From Thermoguttaceae bacterium (GTDB lineage: Bacteria; Planctomycetota; Planctomycetia; Pirellulales; Thermoguttaceae), in contig JAXGMN010000031.1 in NCBI GenBank assembly GCA_040768665.1, positions 36,369-100,368 on the forward strand: a stretch of 64,000 nucleotides of DNA. Direction: 5' to 3'. Below, piece by piece: positions 20,701 to 28,717 of this stretch; position 1 is the stretch's first letter; every line of letters begins with the position of its first letter. The notes below the pieces were generated by a model. That model was not told the origin of the DNA and did not search any database. It was given only the letters and a program-made list of their open reading frames with translations. A program made the position numbers and the translations under genes.

Positions 20701-22625
20701 GCGATCTGCTCGGCATCGCTCTTGGCGCCGCCGGGACCGGTGTTGCCCTGGTCGTTTGCCGTGACAGCCAGGGAGTCGGCGCCGACATAATCGGCCTGTC
20801 CCCGGTAGACCAGCCCCTGGGACGCAGCCAGCGTGTTATTGATCTGGGCCAGCGAACCGGTGAGAACGACCGACCCGGTGCCGTTGCCCTGGATCTTTGC
20901 GGCGGTCAGTCCGCCGGAGACGTTGTCCTTCACCGTCAGCGTACCGTGGGCGACCGCCAGCGTGACGCGGATTTCGGCCGAAGCGGCGTCGGGATCGTGG
21001 ATGCTGATCCCGGCGATCGCCAGGTCGGTGTCCTCCGCCACGGTTTGTGCGGTCGGAACGGTGACGACCGGAGGCTGGTTCGCGGCGACAACAGTGATCG
21101 TTACGGGTTTCTGGACGCTCTTGGCTCCGCCGGAACCGGTGTTCCCCTTGTCGTCTACAGCGATAGTGAGCGTTTCCGATCCGGTATAGTTCGTGTCGCT
21201 GACGTATTTCAGCCCTTGCGAGTCCGCCAGAGTGGCGTTGATTTGGGCGATCGTACCGGTCAGGGTGACCGTCTTCGTATGATTGCCCTGGATGTCGTCA
21301 GCGGTCAGCCCACCGGTGACGCCGGTTTTTACCGTGAGCGTCCCCTGAGCGACCTCGAGGGTTACCTCGACGTCGGCGGTGTTCGCGTCCACGTCGGCGA
21401 CGCTGATTGGGGTCACAAACAGATCCGCGCCGGTGCCGACGGAGAGGCTGGTGGGAGCCGCGATGCTCGGAGAATCGTTCACGGCCGCCACGGTGATGGC
21501 AACCTGCTTGGTTTGGCTTTTCGCGCCGCCCGCGCCGGTGTTCCCTTGGTCATTGGCCGTGACCGTCAGGCTGACATTGCCGTTGAAATCGGCGTTGGGT
21601 ACCGTGTAGGCGACGTTGGCGTCCAGGGTCGCGTTGATTTGCGACACGGTTCCGGTAAGCGTTACGATGCGCGACCCGTTGCCGCTGACCGCAGCACCGC
21701 CGCTGACCGTTTGCACGGCAAGCGTGCCGGAATTGGTGGGAATCGCCAGCGTGACCACGATCTGGCTCGTCCCCGCGTCCGGGTCCTCCACGCTGATGCC
21801 GCTGACCGTCGCCGTGGCATTGGCCGCCTCGTTCACGTTCGGACCCGTGACCGGCACGGTGACCTGCGGCGCGTCGTTGGCGTCAGTCAGCGTGATCGTC
21901 AGCGACGCGCTGTCGTCGGGCGTCTGGCCGATGGCCGGATCGTCGATGGAGACGGTCACGTCGAGTTGCGGATTCGTCTCGAAGTCGAGCGGGGCGCCCG
22001 CTTTCAGGTACAGGGCAACAGAACCATCGAGTTCGAACAGGTCGGCGTCGGCGCCGCTGAGCGACAGCGAATTGTTTCCCTCGCCGTCGTCGACGATCGC
22101 GAGGTCGGCCACTTTGCGCCGGACCGACATATCGGTATCTTCCGATAGCGTGGTTGTGGTGTTCACCAGGTCGATGGTCGGCGGAGCATTCGTCGCGGAG
22201 TCGTTGTCGGTGATCGCCACCGTGACGTCGTCGATCTCGATGCCGTCGTAGCTGGCGTCCTCGCTGGTCGCGGTGTGCGCGATGATGCCGTTGTGGTCGC
22301 CTTCCACGTCGGTGTCATCGATTGCCGAAACCGTCACCTCCTGCACCTGGTCCCAATTGTCCGGAGTGAACGTCAGCGATTCCGGAGAAACGTCCAACTG
22401 GCCATCCGGTGTGAGCGTGATCACCACGTTGGCGGCCGGCTCGGCGTCGAGCACAACCTCATACGCGGCAGTGACGCCGCTCTCGCTGACTTCGACACCC
22501 CCTGTCGGCTCAGTGATTACCACAGCCAGCAGGGTCCGCTGTTCGAGCGGTTCACATCGCAGGTGGCGGTTCAGAGAACGGCTGACGTTGCAGTTGCGGC
22601 GGAGAAGGCGGGACAACGACTTCAT
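17748..22625 (-). CDS. Giant secreted/surface repeat protein: basic N-terminal leader, about 10-11 tandem ~98-aa cadherin-like/Ig-like repeats (each ending VNDAP or ANQAP), SdrD-B-like domain and a conserved Gly/Asp-rich C-terminal module
   Basis: 1625 aa. Leader MKSLSRLLRRNCNVSRSLNRHLRCEPLEQRTLLAVV. Tandem repeats of the pattern NDAP-VT-P...GISI.D.DAG....V.V.LAV.HGTLT...GNGT..V.LTG.....INATLA...GL.Y.....G.D.L.V.ANDQGNTG.GGAK. C-terminal SGIVYMEGDGQDGY...AGTYEVVETQP (SdrD-B-like). Then GGNDKVTLNG, GKGGDDNAIVYDSTGDDDLT and AGGDDTVE, which are beta-roll-like. Ends WNQ. Confidence 0.8.
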   Translation of the reverse strand: MKSLSRLLRRNCNVSRSLNRHLRCEPLEQRTLLAVVITEPTGGVEVSESGVTAAYEVVLDAEPAANVVITLTPDGQLDVSPESLTFTPDNWDQVQEVTVSAIDDTDVEGDHNGIIAHTATSEDASYDGIEIDDVTVAITDNDSATNAPPTIDLVNTTTTLSEDTDMSVRRKVADLAIVDDGEGNNSLSLSGADADLFELDGSVALYLKAGAPLDFETNPQLDVTVSIDDPAIGQTPDDSASLTITLTDANDAPQVTVPVTGPNVNEAANATATVSGISVEDPDAGTSQIVVTLAIPTNSGTLAVQTVSGGAAVSGNGSRIVTLTGTVSQINATLDANVAYTVPNADFNGNVSLTVTANDQGNTGAGGAKSQTKQVAITVAAVNDSPSIAAPTSLSVGTGADLFVTPISVADVDANTADVEVTLEVAQGTLTVKTGVTGGLTADDIQGNHTKTVTLTGTIAQINATLADSQGLKYVSDTNYTGSETLTIAVDDKGNTGSGGAKSVQKPVTITVVAANQPPVVTVPTAQTVAEDTDLAIAGISIHDPDAASAEIRVTLAVAHGTLTVKDNVSGGLTAAKIQGNGTGSVVLTGSLAQINNTLAASQGLVYRGQADYVGADSLAVTANDQGNTGPGGAKSDAEQIAITVTAVNDAPVITIPGEQAVPSGAELVLSGISITDADAGSATVEVKFEVDHGTLTFKTDVTGGLVAADVVGNGTGTVTVTSSLAKIKNTLDASAGLKYRGTTGYTGPETLTITANDQGNSGSGVAKTTIKDLPITVAGANQAPVVTVPGTQSATEDTDKYITGISIADADAGSSDIRVTLTVTHGTLTVKNDVSGGLTGSNISGNGTSSVTLTGSRAKINATLANAQGVKYKGLTNNTTTATLSVMANDLGNTGTGGAQSGSGTVSITLSAVNDAPQVTVPSALAVAPNTDLAVSGVSIADVDAGTANVVVTLAIGHGSLTLRTDVSGGLATADIQGNGTGTVTLTGTVAKINATLAASGGLKYRGTTESTTPNTLAVTVNDQGNTGSGGAKTATKNLSITVTTANQAPVVTVPGAKTIAQNTDLAISGISIADPDAATGAIEVTLEVSHGTLTVLTNVSGGVAAGGVSGNGTAKIVLTGTLSQVNATLAATNGLKYKSAATYTGADSLKVKADDKGNTGTGGAKTDQETVAITVTGVNAAPVLTVPASVVAPKNGEREITGISVSDADAGTGEIEVTLEVSHGTLTVLTNVSGGVAAGGVSGNGTAKVVLKGTVAKINATLAATNGLKYKPNANYAGSDSLKVTANDKGNTGSGGAKTDQETISVLVGSGSLSGIVYMEGDGQDGYAGPGNGTQGDMGLAGVTVKLRQKTGTGDTATWSDVATVKTGPDGFYLFKDIPAGTYEVVETQPAKFRDGKAEAGSGGGTANGNSITNIVLESGSHITDNNFAEAGINPQYVGIRLFLNSTPGCEEVFSSFTGIKKVKITGTSSNDDIQFTAGANSHTVVVNGKTTTYSADEVDVFMLDALGGNDKVTLNGKAGADEARIRPGYGVLRGAGYMVEVFGAEEMKADGKGGDDNAIVYDSTGDDDLTATGNKATVSGVNYLAELIAFERMQAISEAGGDDTVERQTIDYVLELIGDWNQ

Positions 22626-22878
22626 GGGAGCTTATCCTCGGGTGACACTTGATGGAGCAGGCTGCACCACTTGTGAGACCACCCCTAATGGGGCAGTCTG
22701 AACGAGCGATCCAGCAGCTCGGTACTCTGTTCCAGGGAGTGGTGAGCCTGAGCGGGTCGAACGGACAATGGGAGAAGTTAGCTCGGCGGTGGTGGTGCGA
22801 GGACAACGACCTGTGTGAAGTGCCTCTTCAGTGGTCTGATCGCCTACTCGCCCGCCCGTGAGCGTGTGCTAAGACTTC

Positions 22879-22907
22879 ATGCTAATCTCGATTTAGAAGC
22901 GCAACAA
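22879..22907 (-). promoter_or_regulatory. Sigma70-like promoter of the cadherin-repeat giant gene (conserved with the paralog promoter)
   Basis: Minus-strand sense TTGTTG-N17-TAGCAT. The same architecture and ~55 nt of flanking sequence are conserved upstream of the second giant gene. Confidence 0.45.
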
Positions 22908-23004
22908 CCTGCGAAAGTTCCCGATTTTGGTGCTGTTTGCCGTCGAGAAGCCGGCTGTAGGGATTATTCGCCGCGGAGCGCGGGCGAGAGTCTGCTGGAG
23001 ACTT

Positions 23005-23023
23005 CCCGGCAAGCGGGACCTGC
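23005..23023. repeat. Half copy of the intergenic palindromic repeat family (GGCAAGCGGGACCT arm)
   Basis: CCCGGCAAGCGGGACCTGC matches an arm of the repeat at 41587-41609. Confidence 0.35.
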
Positions 23024-23068
23024 GAGCCGGCAGGGAAACGAGTCGGAAAAGCCCGCCTCGAACCTGGC

Positions 23069-26000
23069 CTACGGTTGATCCCAGCCGCCTTCGAGCATCA
23101 GCACGAAGTCGATCGCGTCTTGCTCTGCGGTGTCGTTCCCTCCCAACTCGGATACGGCCCGGACCCGCTCGAAGGCAATCAATTCGGCAAGGTAATCGCC
23201 ATAGTCGATCGTCGCCTTGTTATCGCCGGCGGCCAGATCGTCGCTGCCCGCGGAGTCGAAAATGACGGCAGTGTCGTTGGTGCCCCCTTTGCCGTCGATC
23301 TTGAGGGTCTCCGCATTGAGAGCCTCCACCATGTAGTTCGAGCCCTTGAGGCTGCCCCATGCTCGCATGGACTCCGCCTGGTCAACTCCCGCGGCACCGT
23401 TCAGTGTAACGCTGTCCTCACCGCCTCCGGCATCGATCGTGAAGACGTCTACCTCGCTGGCGGTATAGGTCGTCGCCTTGCCGTTGACGGTGACCGTGTG
23501 GGAATTCGTCCCGGCAGTGAAAACGATCGTGTCGGCCCCCGAGGTTCCCTCGATGAACACCTCCTTGACGCCGAGATGATCGCGGATGATGGTCCGCGAG
23601 GAGGGTGTGGAGTTGAGGAACAGGCGGATCGAGATCGACTCAGGCTCGATGTTGGTTTCCGCGAAGAGGTAGTCTTCGCCGTGTTCGCCGGCAGCCAATT
23701 CGATGTCGGTGATCTTGTTGTTCTCGGCCGTCCCGCCCGCTGTGCCGACAGTCTCCTTGCCGTCGGCGAAGTCGTTCGGCTGCGTTTCGAGAACCTGATA
23801 GGTTCCGGCCGGCAGGTTATCGAATAGGAAAACCCCGTCCGGCCCCGTGGTAACGGGTGCAACGCCAGCGACGTCTTCGTAAGTTCCGTCCTGCGAGTTT
23901 TTCTTCTGGAGCTTGACTGTGACGCCCGGCAATCCCATCTCGGTCGGCAAACCGTCGGCATCGAGATCGCGGACGCCATCGTTGTCGGTGTCGAGCCAGA
24001 CATAACCGGAAAGACTGCCGTTGCCATCGTCGTCGGCGATATTCACCGTGGCGCTCTGCTGAGTGCCTACGGTGTAACCCGTGCCGGATTGCAGCGTGAG
24101 CACCGCCGTCTCGGACGCCTCGATTGCAGAGTCGTTGAGCACGTCGAGCGTCACATCAACCGAGGATTGGCCGGCGGGGATGGTTACGGTGGTTCCCGTC
24201 ACGTCCGTCGTTCCGACCTTGAGCACGTAGTCACTTCCCGTGCCGCGCGTGGCGGTTCCGCTGACGGCAAACGTGACGTTTAACGCACTGGTCGTTGAAC
24301 CGGTTCGCGTAATACGGAAGGTCCCATCGTTCGACGGTTCCGCCGCGGCGGCATCGGTCGCGGTGACGGTCACGACCGCGGCTTCGTCGTCGGCGATGTT
24401 CACCGTGGCGCTCTGCTGGGTGCCTACGGTGTAGCCGGTGCCCGACTGAAGGGTCAACACGGCCGTTTCCGATGTTTCGGCCGCCGTATCATCGAGCACG
24501 TCGAGCGTCACGTCGACGAAGGATTGGCCGGCGGGGATCGTCACGGTGGTTCCGTCACGTCCGCCGTTCCGACCTTGAGCACGTAGTCGTTTCCGTGCCA
24601 GCGTGGCAGTTCCGCTGGCGGCGAACGTGACGTTTAACGCACTGGTCGTTGAACCGGTTCGCATAATACGGAAGGTCATCGTTCGACGGTTCCGCCGCGG
24701 CGGCATCGGTCGCGGCCAATCGTGACGACCGGTGTATCGTCGTCGACGATATTCACCGTGGCGGCTCTGCTGAGTGCCTACGGTGTAACCCATCGCCAGT
24801 TGCAGGGCGAGCACCGCCGTCTCGGACGCCTCGATTGCAAAGTCGTCGAGCACTTCCAGGGTCACATCGACGAAGGATTGGCCGGCGGGGATTGTCACGG
24901 TCGTTCCCGTCACGTCGGTGGTACCAACCTTGAGCACGTAGTCGTCGCCCGTGCCGAGCGTGGCGGTTCCGCCGGCGGTGAACGTGACGGTCAGCGCCGC
25001 TTCCGTCGAGCCCGTCCGCGAAATCCGGTAAGTGCCGTTGTTCGACGGCTCTGCCGCGGTTGCGTCGGTGGCCGTGATCGTGACGACCGCCGCATCATTG
25101 TCATTGTCGTCCTCGATCTGGACGGTCGCACTGTCTTCGTCGCCTACCGTGTAACCGGTGCCCGATTGCAGGGTGAGCACGGCCGTTTCGGAATCCTCGA
25201 CCGCCACGTCGTCGATCACCTCCAGGACGACGTCGACCGACGCCTGCCCCGCCGGGATCGCGACGGAGGTCCCGGTCAACACCGTGCCGCCGACGCGGAG
25301 GAAATAGTCGTCTCCCGTGCCGCGAGTGGCGGTGCCGCCGACGCCGAAATTGACCGTGAGCGATCCCTGGGTGGAACCGACGCGGGTGATGCGGTAGGTG
25401 CCGTCGTCTGCCGGTTCCGCTGCGTTGGGATCGACTGCCGCAATGGTCACCACCGGCGGGTCGTCGTCGGCGATGGTCACCGTGGCACTGCCCGCGGTGC
25501 CGACGGTGTACTGCCCCGCCTGAAGCGACAGGATAGCCGTCTCCTGGCTCTCCGCCACGTCGTCGTCAGCCACTTCGAGCGTCACGTCGATGAATGTCTC
25601 GCCGGCGGGAATTATTACAGTCGTATCGGTCAACTCCGTGTCGCCCACTTTGAGAACGTAATCGTTTTCCGTTCCCTGCTCGGCGGTTCCGCCGACGGCG
25701 AAGGTTACTGTCAGCGGCGACTCCGTGGAACCGGTTCGCGCGATGCGATATACGCCGCCGTTGGACGGTTCCGCCGCGTCCGGATCGGTCGCCGAGATGG
25801 TCACAAGGTCGTTATCGGCGATGTTCACGGTGGCTGTGTCCAGCGAGCCCACCGTGTAGCCGGTCGCCGCCTGCAGGGTCAGCACGGCGGTCTCAGGAGG
25901 TTCCTGCAACGAGTCGTCGACCACCTCCAGCGTGACATTCAGGGAGTCCTCCCCGGCGGCCAGGTTGAGCGTTGTACCGGTAACCTCCGTGCCATCGACT

Positions 26001-26614
26001 TTGAGTACGTAGTCATCTTCCTCGCCTCGCTCGGCGGTTCCGCCGATGACAAATTCCACGCTCAGCGCCGCTTCCGTGGAACCGGCCCGCCGAATCTGGT
26101 ATGTCCCATGATTGGATGGTTCCCCGGCACTGGAATCCGCTGCAATGACGGTCAGCACAGGCGGATCATTGTCGGCAATGTTGATGGTGGCGCTGTCGGA
26201 TGTGCCGATCGTATAGCCGGTGCCCTCTTCGAGCGTCATCACGGCGGTCTCGGTAAACTCTGCCGTGGCGTTATCAACGGCCTCGAGGGCAACGTCCACG
26301 GAAGCCTGGCCCGCCGGGATGGTAATGGTCGATCCACTTACCTCCGTGCCCCCCACCTTGAGCAGGTAGTCGGTGCCGCGACTGGCCGATCCGCCGATGC
26401 TGAATTCGACGTCCAACGCGGCCTCCAAGTCGTCGGTTCGCGTAATCTGGAACGTCCCGTTGTCGCTCGGTTCGGCAGCTTCGCCGTCGGTCGCTGTGAT
26501 CGAAACGACTACGGCCAAGAGCGAGCGTTCTTCCAAAGGTTCGCATAGAAGACGTCGGCAGCGAAGGGGATGGCTGACGCGGTTGCGGCGGTGCAGACGA
26601 GAACCTGTTTTCAT
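23069..26614 (-). CDS. Giant secreted/surface protein: same N-terminal leader, ~9 Calx-beta repeats, SdrD-B-like domain and the same conserved C-terminal module. One internal repeat is frame-garbled.
   Basis: The start is placed at the Met of MKTGSRLHRRNRVSHPLRCRRLLCEPLEERSLLAVV (GGAAGG Shine-Dalgarno 7 nt upstream). The ORF track extends to 26689. Calx-beta units have the pattern ATD..AAEPSN.GT.RI.RTGST..L.V.F.VGGTA..G..DY.L..G.T..T...V.IPAG...VDV.L.V.DD...E..ETAVL.LQ.G.GYTVG...ATV.I.DD. The C-terminal ~330 aa align along their length with the C-terminus of the 17748..22625 protein. Region ~24540-24790 reads as a repeat with several indels. Confidence 0.75.
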   Translation of the reverse strand: MKTGSRLHRRNRVSHPLRCRRLLCEPLEERSLLAVVVSITATDGEAAEPSDNGTFQITRTDDLEAALDVEFSIGGSASRGTDYLLKVGGTEVSGSTITIPAGQASVDVALEAVDNATAEFTETAVMTLEEGTGYTIGTSDSATINIADNDPPVLTVIAADSSAGEPSNHGTYQIRRAGSTEAALSVEFVIGGTAERGEEDDYVLKVDGTEVTGTTLNLAAGEDSLNVTLEVVDDSLQEPPETAVLTLQAATGYTVGSLDTATVNIADNDLVTISATDPDAAEPSNGGVYRIARTGSTESPLTVTFAVGGTAEQGTENDYVLKVGDTELTDTTVIIPAGETFIDVTLEVADDDVAESQETAILSLQAGQYTVGTAGSATVTIADDDPPVVTIAAVDPNAAEPADDGTYRITRVGSTQGSLTVNFGVGGTATRGTGDDYFLRVGGTVLTGTSVAIPAGQASVDVVLEVIDDVAVEDSETAVLTLQSGTGYTVGDEDSATVQIEDDNDNDAAVVTITATDATAAEPSNNGTYRISRTGSTEAALTVTFTAGGTATLGTGDDYVLKVGTTDVTGTTVTIPAGQSFVDVTLEVLDDFAIEASETAVLALQLAMGYTVGTQQSRHGEYRRRRYTGRHDWPRPMPPRRNRRTMTFRIMRTGSTTSALNVTFAASGTATLARKRLRAQGRNGGRDGTTVTIPAGQSFVDVTLDVLDDTAAETSETAVLTLQSGTGYTVGTQQSATVNIADDEAAVVTVTATDAAAAEPSNDGTFRITRTGSTTSALNVTFAVSGTATRGTGSDYVLKVGTTDVTGTTVTIPAGQSSVDVTLDVLNDSAIEASETAVLTLQSGTGYTVGTQQSATVNIADDDGNGSLSGYVWLDTDNDGVRDLDADGLPTEMGLPGVTVKLQKKNSQDGTYEDVAGVAPVTTGPDGVFLFDNLPAGTYQVLETQPNDFADGKETVGTAGGTAENNKITDIELAAGEHGEDYLFAETNIEPESISIRLFLNSTPSSRTIIRDHLGVKEVFIEGTSGADTIVFTAGTNSHTVTVNGKATTYTASEVDVFTIDAGGGEDSVTLNGAAGVDQAESMRAWGSLKGSNYMVEALNAETLKIDGKGGTNDTAVIFDSAGSDDLAAGDNKATIDYGDYLAELIAFERVRAVSELGGNDTAEQDAIDFVLMLEGGWDQP

Positions 26615-26706
26615 GGCAGTTTGCCTTCCTGCGCGCGATTTCCGAGGAACTGGTTCAGAAGTGGGCACAAATGACCAATCGCCGGCCAACGCCGGGTCAA
26701 GATTTC

Positions 26707-26735
26707 ATGCTAGTCTCGGTCAATCGGCGCAGCAA
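26707..26735 (-). promoter_or_regulatory. Sigma70-like promoter of the Calx-beta giant gene
   Basis: Minus-strand sense TTGCTG-N17-TAGCAT, inside a ~55-nt block conserved with 22870-22925. Confidence 0.45.
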
Positions 26736-26807
26736 GCTGCGCAAAGTCCACTTATGGAGCAAAAGAAGGCCGCCGCCATGCCTATAGCGATTGTGGCGGC
26801 TGTGCCA

Positions 26808-26830
26808 GAGTAGGTCCCGCTTGCCCGCAG
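26808..26830. repeat. Partial copy of the intergenic repeat family (GTAGGTCCCGCTTGCC core)
   Basis: GAGTAGGTCCCGCTTGCCCGCAG. Confidence 0.4.
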
Positions 26831-26979
26831 TGCCAAGGGCTGGCTAGATCGGTTTTCCCGTATCCAACGGTCATTCGGCATGGTACGCTGGTCGGGTATG
26901 GGCGGGACGCCGTTGTCCCGTCGGCAATCGATTCTCTCATCCCGACCGCTGATCATGACTGCCAGGGGATGCCTTTGAA

Positions 26980-28242
26980 ATGAAACACAACACATTCGCA
27001 ACCCGCCGCCAATTTCTTGCCACGGCAGCGACTGCTGCCGGCACGGTTCTGCTGCCCCGTTTCAACGGACTCGCCGAGACGGATGGAGTCGGCAAAACGG
27101 ATCACTTTTGGTATCGGCTTGCGCCGCCCGACGGCCCGTACATCGATTCGCAGCGCGACAACAAGGCCTTTGCATTCGGTAACGGAAAGGTCTGGCTCTC
27201 CGAAGACAACGCCAAGACATGGGCCCACAGCGCCCCGTTTGCCGATGCCGAAGACATTATGTTCAGCAGCATCCTGAGCAACGGAAACATCGTCTTCGCC
27301 ACGCGAACGAAGATCTACGTGAGCACCGATCATCTCCGAAGTTACCGAGAGCTGACGGTCAAGGATCGCGACGGCCGCCCGTACCTGCCGCACACCCCGA
27401 TCGATCCCAAGCGACCGGGATCGTATTTCTATTCGATCGATGGGATCCACACCTTCGAAACCGATGGCGGGGAAATGCTGATCTGGGGCAACTACTGCAA
27501 TGTTGCGCACGGCGCGGTGCCGGTGAACATCTACTACTCGACCGACCAGGGCGAGACGGTGAAGATCGCGTACGCGTTCGGGCGGAATCCCGATTTCCAG
27601 CAGAAGGGCGCCGACCCCGCAAGCTTGCTCGGCGATCCGGCGAACCCGGTGATTTGCCGCCATGTCCATTCGGTGTCGTACAACCCGGCGGAGAAGGCCT
27701 TCTATGCCTGCACGGGTGACCTCGACCGCGGCAAAGGGAAGGAATGCCACTGGCTGCGCGGCACGTACGACGCGGCGGCGGACTCGTGGGACTGGCGGGT
27801 GCTGGTGTCGTCGGACGCCAACTCGCGCTACAAATCCGGCGGCATCAACTTCGTCGACGGCCAGGTCTATTGGGTCGCCGATGCCAACGGTCCCAAGGCT
27901 CCCGACGAGGCTTACGACCGCGGGATTTTCCGCTGCGATCCGGCGAACCTGGCGGACAAGGCGAAGCACACGCGGATTTTCGACGCCCAGTACGAATTGG
28001 CTACGATGACCATCGACGACCGAATCATCGTGGTCCCGGAATACGGCAACGCCAACCCGTGCGAGACCGGTTTCCTCTTCTCACCCGACCTCGGCAAGAC
28101 CTGGGCAAAGTACGACTTGAAGCAGTTCGGCGACCGTTCGGGTGTGCGCGTGAACCGGCGGAACAGCGACGGCTGGTTCCGCATCTGCCTGCGGGAGAGA
28201 TGGATGAACCGGGCCGAAGTGCTCTTCCTCAAACCGGTATGA
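26980..28242 (+). CDS. Tat-exported BNR-repeat glycosidase (sialidase-like beta-propeller)
   Basis: 420 aa. Twin-arginine signal TRRQFLATAATAAG. Asp-box motifs SEDNAKTWA, STDQGETVK and SPDLGKTWAKYD. Confidence 0.7.
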   Translation: MKHNTFATRRQFLATAATAAGTVLLPRFNGLAETDGVGKTDHFWYRLAPPDGPYIDSQRDNKAFAFGNGKVWLSEDNAKTWAHSAPFADAEDIMFSSILSNGNIVFATRTKIYVSTDHLRSYRELTVKDRDGRPYLPHTPIDPKRPGSYFYSIDGIHTFETDGGEMLIWGNYCNVAHGAVPVNIYYSTDQGETVKIAYAFGRNPDFQQKGADPASLLGDPANPVICRHVHSVSYNPAEKAFYACTGDLDRGKGKECHWLRGTYDAAADSWDWRVLVSSDANSRYKSGGINFVDGQVYWVADANGPKAPDEAYDRGIFRCDPANLADKAKHTRIFDAQYELATMTIDDRIIVVPEYGNANPCETGFLFSPDLGKTWAKYDLKQFGDRSGVRVNRRNSDGWFRICLRERWMNRAEVLFLKPV

Positions 28243-28717
28243 TCATGCGCCCTTTACTCCCGACAATGTGACCAAGAGACTCGACCAGTTTCACTTTTCT
28301 AACGATCCGCCAGCGAATAACGATGCTGAGGAGAAGGGGGCATCGTTGGCGGATAAACCGCGTGAGCTGATCAAAGGAGGGCTTGGGGACCGTTGAACAA
28401 CATCTGACGGCAAACGACGTAGCAGCGTGGACGCACTTGCCCCGACTGTCTAGAGTCGGAAGGGAGCGTCCATTCATTGGGGAGGCGCTGTAGCGGAGGA
28501 ACCTTGGGGTCCTGCCGCACGAGGCGGCAGGGGTCCGGAACGGTTGTCGGTGATGAATGCCAGCTTCCGAACCTCATTCACCCGTGGAACGAGCCCACGG
28601 AGGTTTTTATGAAACAGCGCGCGACGACAGGCATGCGGCCGAACACCCGATGGTTTCTCCTCTCCATTTGCAGGCCTATGACGATCAGCGTACTTTTCAG
28701 CGAGGGGTGATGGTGCC

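Noticed and set aside
18951-22148. Long plus-strand ORFs (340 aa at 18951..19973, 666 aa at 20148..22148, and several 100-270 aa ORFs) antisense to the 1625-aa giant gene
   Set aside because: They are low-complexity Arg/Gly/Asp-rich translations with no domain signatures. They lie entirely inside a strongly supported minus-strand repeat protein. They are typical GC-rich antisense artefacts.
22864-22884. Mini-ORF ATG-AAG-TCT-TAG (M-K-S-stop) mimicking the first codons of the giant gene (MKSL...), also present upstream of the second giant gene as ATG-AAA-TCT-TGA
   Set aside because: I first considered it a conserved leader peptide. It overlaps the -10 hexamer (TAGCAT) of the conserved promoter and so would lie at or before the transcription start. 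It is more parsimoniously promoter sequence.
24722-26548. 608-aa plus-strand ORF antisense to the Calx-beta giant gene
   Set aside because: Same reasoning. The repetitive Arg/Gly-rich translation mirrors the sense-strand repeats. There is no start context and no motifs.
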